Shown: positions 59,601-64,000 of the stretch, in pieces
How the letters are laid out: the number at the start of each line of letters is the position of its first letter
Position numbering within the stretch: position 1 is the first letter of the stretch
Assembly: GCF_001194135.2 (NCBI RefSeq)
Contig: NC_068982.1
Location: forward strand, 115,149,548-115,213,547
DNA: 64,000 nt
Origin: Octopus bimaculoides
Lineage: Eukaryota
Direction: 5' to 3'
Made by a program: the position numbers and the translations under genes
Notes under the pieces: model-generated
What the model was told of the DNA's origin: nothing
What the model saw: only the letters and a program-made list of their open reading frames with translations
Database searches by the model: none

Positions 59601-60736
59601 GATAAAGAGGTGCTATGAATTGATAATAGTATGAAAATTTGGATGAAGAAGAAAGTGGAATGAAGTAGTTGGTCAGAATGGAAAGTTTCCATTACACATG
59701 AAATAACACAAAGAATTAGATGTTAAATGCATAATTATTGAAATTTGTTTTAAAAGTACTAATGAGATGGTAATACATTACTACTAACACAAAGACATAT
59801 TCCTTAATTTGTTTTGCTTATACAATATTTCTAAGAAAACTACCTATGAACCTGAGATAGGCTAATAGGAGGAAGAACCATACACTTTATTTATTTCTAA
59901 ACTAGCAAAAGTTGGAAGTTTAAAGATATTTTCATATATACATTTGTTACAGAGTGGAAGTGATACTTAGATTTAGCTTTGTTAATTAAAAACAAAGTAA
60001 AAATGCTTTGCTTACAACAGAATAGTTCTTGCTGCATAATTCAACTCTTGATATTGTGGTTTTAGTCAGAGACTTTAAATAACCAGCTACAGTGCCTCAG
60101 ATTTACAGAGAAATGAATAATTATGTGTATATATATATACATATGTTGTTGGCACTCCGTCACTTACGATGTCGAGGGTTCCAGTTGATCCAATCAACGG
60201 AACAGCCTGCTCATGAAATTAACATGCAAGTGGCTGAGCACTCCACAGACACATGTACCCTTAACGTAGTTTTCAGGGAGATTCAGCGTGACACAGTGTG
60301 ACAAGGTTGACCCTTTGAAATACAGGTACAACAGAAACAGGAAGAAAGAGTGAGAGAAAGTTGCGGTGGAAGAGTACAGCAGGGTTCGCCACCATCCCCT
60401 GCCGGAGCCTCGTGGAGTTTTAGGTGTTTTCGCTCAATAAACACTCACAAAGCCCGGTCTGGGAATCGAAACCGCGATCCTATGACCACGAGTCCGCTGC
60501 CCTAACCACTGGGCCATTGCGCCTCCACATATATACATATATATAAATAAACTGGACCACAGCTTACCCAGCATCCATTCCACTTATTTTGGCCTGAGGT
60601 ATAGGAGGTGTGCCAAGACTTGCAGTAATAGGGGACACTTGCTTGCAACCAGAAGTCTGTCGTGTGTTCATTGCATTTTGCATAATATTCCCAGATTGGT
60701 TGAACATTGGTTTGAACCAGCTTTTTGGTCGAGTGT
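27544..60736 (-). CDS. SENP6: Sentrin/SUMO-specific protease, SENP6/SENP7 subfamily (peptidase C48); about 19 exons, 5' end unresolved
   Basis: In-phase exon chain with [12 protein letters not shown] loop-1, [39 protein letters not shown] (His), CILIFDSL (Asp), [10 protein letters not shown] (Cys). SENP6 versus SENP7 cannot be separated here. Confidence 0.93.
28875..29075 (-). mobile_element. RTE-tailed SINE 3' end
   Basis: catcatcat...tttccatgct...ggatgctcttcttgttgccaaccctcac. Confidence 0.65.
29742..29999. mobile_element. hAT (Charlie-like) MITE
   Basis: TIR taggggttttcaaact / agtttgaaaacccctg; TSD only partly preserved. Confidence 0.7.
30109..30262 (-). CDS. SENP6: SENP6/7 exon with catalytic Cys (YLQVEW...[23 protein letters not shown])
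   Basis: aacag acceptor, gtgatt donor, 154 nt. Confidence 0.96.
30996..31622. mobile_element. Possible degenerate MITE
   Basis: cagggtcagattta start and aagtctgactg end, with GC-rich subterminal gggcccc blocks. Confidence 0.35.
31838..31906 (-). CDS. SENP6: SENP6/7 exon with catalytic Asp ([23 protein letters not shown])
   Basis: ttgtag acceptor, gtaagt donor, 69 nt, phase 2-2. Confidence 0.94.
32517..32578 (-). CDS. SENP6: SENP6/7 exon ([21 protein letters not shown])
   Basis: ttgcag acceptor, gtaagt donor, 62 nt; bridges phase 0 to phase 2 and yields KQPCIL. Confidence 0.85.
32921..33235 (-). mobile_element. tRNA-derived SINE family A, variant with a different 3' half
   Basis: about 200 bp 5' shared with 56138/60145 copies, then gctgcgatggactggcatcccgtccag tail. 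Confidence 0.85.
33240..33359 (-). mobile_element. piggyBac-like MITE end
   Basis: ggg|TTAA at 33357-33363; homologous to 24839. Confidence 0.55.
33443..33587 (-). CDS. SENP6: SENP6/7 exon with catalytic His ([12 protein letters not shown]...ETNK)
   Basis: tattag acceptor, gtaagg donor, 145 nt. Confidence 0.94.
34096..34272 (+). mobile_element. RTE fragment copied from 36978-37130
   Basis: shared private internal duplication. Confidence 0.8.
34427..34519 (-). CDS. SENP6: SENP6/7 exon ([30 protein letters not shown])
   Basis: gattag acceptor, gtaagt donor, 93 nt. Confidence 0.95.
34825..34956 (-). CDS. SENP6: SENP6/7 exon (YLVLEKL...[12 protein letters not shown]...PYC)
   Basis: tgtaag acceptor, gtaagt donor, 132 nt. 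Confidence 0.94.
35277..35393 (-). CDS. SENP6: SENP6/7 exon ([20 protein letters not shown]...[11 protein letters not shown])
   Basis: tttcag acceptor, gtaaga donor, 117 nt; loop-1 signature. Confidence 0.96.
36270..37578 (+). mobile_element. 5'-truncated RTE LINE, antisense to the SENP gene
   Basis: [36 protein letters not shown] motifs; 3'UTR with 24-bp repeat 37373-37490. Confidence 0.9.
39202..39529 (-). CDS. SENP6: SENP6/7 exon ([11 protein letters not shown]...FSGPVE)
   Basis: tttcag acceptor, gtatgt donor, 328 nt, phase 1-2. Confidence 0.9.
41568..41658. repeat. (GT)n microsatellite
   Basis: direct reading. Confidence 0.95.
41764..41798 (+). ncRNA. Minimal type I hammerhead-ribozyme-like motif (Penelope type), core variant
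   Basis: GTTT-CTGACGG-A-GAGC-ttt-GCTT-GAAA-CGTA-AAAC. Confidence 0.5.
41930..42310 (-). mobile_element. SINE family C (tRNA head + RTE tail)
   Basis: tail tttccatgctcacatgggtcagatg; head gaactcacaaccatgtggttggaaagcaaacttcttaccac. Confidence 0.7.
42343..42560. other. Assembly gap inside a (TA)n tract
   Basis: N run flanked by (TA)n. Confidence 0.99.
42839..43015 (-). CDS. SENP6: SENP6/7 exon (EDKPTEF...YDPNSS)
   Basis: ttttag acceptor, gtaagt donor, 177 nt, phase 1-1. Confidence 0.88.
44269..44476 (-). CDS. SENP6: SENP6/7 exon (LGNVV...RNLRIG...FKFT)
   Basis: tttcag acceptor, gtaagt donor, 208 nt. Confidence 0.88.
45017..45249 (-). CDS. SENP6: SENP6/7 exon with SIM-like TVTISDDDE
   Basis: tttcag acceptor, gtgagt donor, 233 nt. 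Confidence 0.87.
46944..47331 (-). CDS. SENP6: SENP6/7 exon with CxxC-x9-CxxC motif
   Basis: ttccag acceptor, gtagat donor, 388 nt. Confidence 0.85.
47455..47800 (-). mobile_element. SINE family C
   Basis: same tail and head as 41930. Confidence 0.65.
49310..49395 (-). CDS. SENP6: SENP6/7 exon ([14 protein letters not shown]...SLST)
   Basis: tttttcag acceptor, gtgagt donor, 86 nt, phase 1-0. Confidence 0.7.
49705..49817 (-). CDS. SENP6: SENP6/7 exon (KALNNKL...QNCSN); NAGNAG acceptor
   Basis: tag-cag tandem acceptor (49817/49820), gtaaat donor, phase 2-1. Confidence 0.7.
50381..50467 (-). CDS. SENP6: SENP6/7 exon (EQTCEANL...NVAR)
   Basis: ttgcag acceptor, gtgaga donor, 87 nt, phase 2-2. 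Confidence 0.65.
50683..51065 (+). mobile_element. SINE family C
   Basis: ggctgtgtggtggaaaaatttgcttcccaaccacatgg head; RTE tail ...aatgaac. Confidence 0.75.
52280..52480 (-). mobile_element. SINE family B
   Basis: gatgaaaggtaaagttgacc...gatttgaactcagaatgtaaag. Confidence 0.7.
53366..53564 (-). CDS. SENP6: SENP6/7 exon (SVGQAENL...KTPT)
   Basis: atatag acceptor, gtaagc donor, 199 nt. Confidence 0.8.
54719..55176 (-). CDS. SENP6: SENP6/7 N-terminal exon (EIVVLDALE...polyQ...IKDP)
   Basis: attcag acceptor, gtaggt donor, 458 nt open. Confidence 0.85.
56138..56518 (-). mobile_element. tRNA-derived SINE family A, full length, young
   Basis: A/B boxes; perfect 11-bp TSD agtgtaacagt (56127-56137, 56519-56529). 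Confidence 0.93.
56801..56895 (+). mobile_element. SINE family B, 5' half
   Basis: matches 13512-13600. Confidence 0.75.
58202..58504. mobile_element. hAT (Charlie-like) MITE
   Basis: perfect 14-bp TIR cagtggttcccaaa; perfect 8-bp TSD ctgtagtg (58194-58201, 58505-58512). Confidence 0.93.
58960..59156 (-). mobile_element. SINE family B
   Basis: reverse complement of the 13512 family. Confidence 0.75.
59418..59483 (-). CDS. Candidate SENP6/7 cassette or alternative first exon (…AMDHLAR)
   Basis: ttttctttag acceptor, AG|gtatcc donor, 66 nt, phase 2-2, open; no homology support. Confidence 0.35.
60145..60528 (-). mobile_element. tRNA-derived SINE family A, full length, young
   Basis: A/B boxes; perfect 12-bp TSD atatatacatat (60133-60144, 60529-60540). 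Confidence 0.93.
60568..60736 (-). CDS. SENP6: SENP6/7 most upstream resolved exon ([13 protein letters not shown]...GMDAG)
   Basis: ttgtgtag acceptor, gtaagc donor, 169 nt, phase 1-2; joins to give AG|EIVVLDAL, resembling the SENP6 N-terminal GEITFLEAL as recalled. Confidence 0.7.
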
Positions 60737-61139
60737 CTACACAATAAAGACGAATCAAATGGTTAACATTTAAAATTAAAAAATTATAACATATGTCCAT
60801 ACATACATACATAACATAGGTTTGTCGAAACAAACAGGAAAATAGAACTTAAAACCTCTGCGTGTGTGTGTGTGTGTGGGCGCGTGTGTGTAATTTTTAT
60901 TATCAATTACCAGAATATCTATATCTGTATATGCATGTTCAGTTTTTAAGCCTGTTTTTCCAACTGGCAGAAGGCTGATCAATGCCAATACATGACTCTT
61001 GGCTCACTCATAACTTATGCAATTGATAAAAAAAATGCACATACATGTACACACACGCAAACATATATGATATACACACACTTATGCATGCTTGTATACA
61101 ATAAAATCTTGACAAAAAGAATTAAATTGTCCACCATAA

Positions 61140-61325
61140 AAGCATCATTATCATCTTTTAATGTTTGTCTTCCATGTTGGCATGGGTTGGACAGTTTGAC
61201 AGGAGCTGGTAGGCCAGAGGTATGCATCAAGCTCCACTGTCTGCTTTGTTGTGGTTCTTAGAGCTGGATGCCCTTCCTAGTGCCAACCACTTTACAAAGT
61301 GAACAGGGTACTTTTTGTGTGGCAA
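61140..61325 (-). mobile_element. RTE 3' end
   Basis: catcattatcatc...ttccatgttggcatgggttggacagtttgac. Confidence 0.75.
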
Positions 61326-62103
61326 CAACACCTGCGAAATCAACTTACAAGATAAAAATCCTTCAACTGAGAGGGGCAGAGGTATTGATGGAAGTGGTTT
61401 TGATCCAGGTAATGAGAGATAAGAGTATGACAAAAGAGAGAAACAGGTATCATACTGTAGGGATACAAGGTGACTCTAGTTGGGAAAAGCAAGAGTGAAA
61501 GTAAGAGAAAGCAAGAGAGATGGTGGTGTCGTACTAGGACATGCTCACTCACAAGGTACAAGGAAATGAAAATAAATGAAATGGTAAAGGATTGCTCAGG
61601 GTACTTGAATAGGGAGTTCATGAAAGTGCAAAAGAGGGTAAAGGGAAAGGGAAGAATGCAGTGAGTGGCAAAACATGGGTATATAGGGAAGATATAGTTG
61701 GCAGGAGGAGAAAAGAAGATAGACAACAGAGGAGTGTTGGACTGCAGAAGTAGGGAAGGAGAGATAAGCATGGTGCATGAAGAAGAGATGAAGTTTGGTT
61801 CAAAACATCACGCCCCTCTTATTTGCTAGATACAACAAAGGGGTAAGTAAAACTTAAAATGAGTGCTATTTGGCTGATGGTACCAAGAGAAGACAAAAGG
61901 TCACAAGAAACTTACAGTAAAGTATTGGAGAAGGCAACTGTGTTCCTTTTGGTTGCCTATTTCTTGATTAGGAAGTGAAACTAAACTAAGAAGGATACAG
62001 AGGCATACTAAAACAAAAATAAATGAAATTATCATTTTATCATTGAAACCACTGCAATAACTATTGCATTGGACCTCAATCAATTCAATACCAACTACCC
62101 AGC

Positions 62104-62127
62104 TCTCTCTCTCTCTCTCTCTCTCTT
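62104..62127. repeat. (CT)n microsatellite
   Basis: direct reading. Confidence 0.9.
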
Positions 62128-64000
62128 TGAGTGTTCAGTTTTGACTCTGTTTTTCCAACTGGCATAAGACAAAGCCCTTAGCTATTTTCTAAATAGAGTA
62201 TACCTCTCTTATATTTTTCCCCATTCTACTACACTTCATATGTTGAAACTGCTGGACTGCTTACCAGAAGTATGTAAAGTAAAACGCCATTTCTTTACAG
62301 TGATGGTGTTAATGAAGACATGAAATAATAATCACACATGAAACAGGCTTCTCAGTTTCCACCAAATTCTACTTGCAAGGCATTGGTCAGTCCAAAGATA
62401 TAGTTGACAATTGTCCAAGGTGTAATTTCAGTGAGACCAAACTAGAAACCACATGGTTACAAAGCGAACTTTGTAACCACACAACTACAATATATGTGTG
62501 TACATATTCAGCTCTTGATCCATCCAAGACAGTAAAACAAAGGATTGAGATAATCCTAGCAAATAATACCAAATTCTGTAATCCAGTAACTCCCAAATTA
62601 TTTACTGTTTGTTCTGCCAGTGGAAAGACGAAAGGCATAGACAACCTACAACATTTGTGAAGTTAGACCCCTTCAAGTGAAAGAAATTGGTTTTGCAAAA
62701 GCAACTCATTAAAGAAAAAAAATCAACTGAAAAAAATGAAAACACTTATGAGCACTGATTGGTCTGCATGATTTCAAACCTTCCCTATCTCAAATTAACA
62801 TACTATAATTTCCCCCTGCTGTACTGCCAGCTATAACTTTCTCTCTACTGAGCCACTTCTACTGCCACTCATTACCTATTCTTGCCCTCATCACCCATCC
62901 ATACCTTTGTCTATCTCTGCTAATGCTGCCTATTTCCATCTGATTCTACCCCAAACAGTCCTGCCTTTTCCATCGTTCTCTTGTGTTTTTCATCCACTCA
63001 TCTTACTTTTGTCAACCTCTACTATTGCCTATCACTTATTCACCCCAAATAATCCTGCCTTTTTCTCATCATATTTTTTTGATGCCACTGTTCTCTCTTT
63101 CCTATTCCCTTTCTTAGTTACCAGAGCAACAGTACACACCCTAAGATATAGAGTACTCTCAACAGTTATTGTGTACAAGGCACCCACTCCTGTTCTGGTG
63201 CTACAGTAGATCCCCCTACCTCCTGCTGTGCACTCTCTATACTGTTTAATGAGCAAGGCAAACACTTTAGTGCCTGAACTATGAAAAACACACCCAGTAC
63301 ACACTGTTAAGTGGCTGGCAAATGAGCAGAGAAAGTGTAAGGTTGTGCAGTTTTCCCTTGTCAAAGAATACTCAATCTCTCTAGTGTTGGTCCCACAAAA
63401 AATGAAATGCACCCAATACATTCTGTAAAAAGCTGTAGAAACCAGATCAAATGACATACATGAGCACCAGCCTATATAATCAGCAACCTGTCCAACCTAT
63501 GTCAGAGAGGAAACCGGACATATAATAATGATCTTGACAAAAACATATCCCAGCTTTAAAGTTACTCACAGTCACTAATGTAACCCTAAGTAGCTCTGTA
63601 AACAGTACACCTACAGACAGAAGCTGATACATTTTCAAGTTGGAACTTCACATACATATAACACGATTTTAAGTTCCTTCTCTCTAACCCATTCTCCCTA
63701 TGGTTTCAAAGCCACTACATAAAATCACCTAAATCTAAACTCTAAGGGCTTACTAAGAGTTAGGACTTATTCTCCATGTTGTTATGTAAAGTAGATGAGA
63801 GAAAATATTCCTCCTTGGATACATTAACAGGCTTAGGTAATATCCAACAGATTATCTAGTACCTGTTCCTGACATTTACATGAACTGGAACAATCTAGAA
63901 TAAACTGTTCAGCCCAGAAAAGCAAAATATCTAATGTGGATTTTGAACTCAGAACCTTTCTCTTTAATTATGTAATGCAAAGAGGAAAAGCAGTACACAG

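Noticed and set aside
61916-61980. Possible SENP upstream exon with a gtaagt donor
   Set aside because: Its only open frame ends in phase 0, incompatible with the phase-1 start at 60736. It may be UTR but is unsupported.

Overview
AT-rich, repeat-dense eukaryotic genomic DNA. The SINE/RTE content and gene sequences point to an octopus; two N gaps indicate a scaffolded assembly. Two large intron-rich genes converge tail-to-tail. On the + strand is the 3' part of ATM: 16 reconstructed coding exons from 1875 to the stop at 24635, covering C-terminal FAT, PI3K-like kinase and FATC domains, all in phase with GT-AG introns. On the - strand is a SENP6/7-type SUMO protease: about 19 reconstructed exons from at least 60736 to the stop at 27544, more than 1100 aa, with an intact His/Asp/Cys triad and the PPPP loop-1; its 5' end is unresolved. 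The introns hold 5'-truncated RTE LINEs, several tRNA-headed SINE families, hAT- and piggyBac-like MITEs, a TIR/TSD-delimited Chapaev3-like transposon and microsatellites. Best leads: two Penelope-type minimal hammerhead ribozyme motifs; a 66-bp tandem hairpin array with a compensatory change in the RTE 3'UTR; ATM kinase-domain codons that A-to-I editing would convert back to conserved Arg; long target-site-like duplications; and a local templated copy of one LINE. All family assignments and human comparisons come from recalled knowledge, not database searches. No prokaryotic system or CRISPR array was seen.
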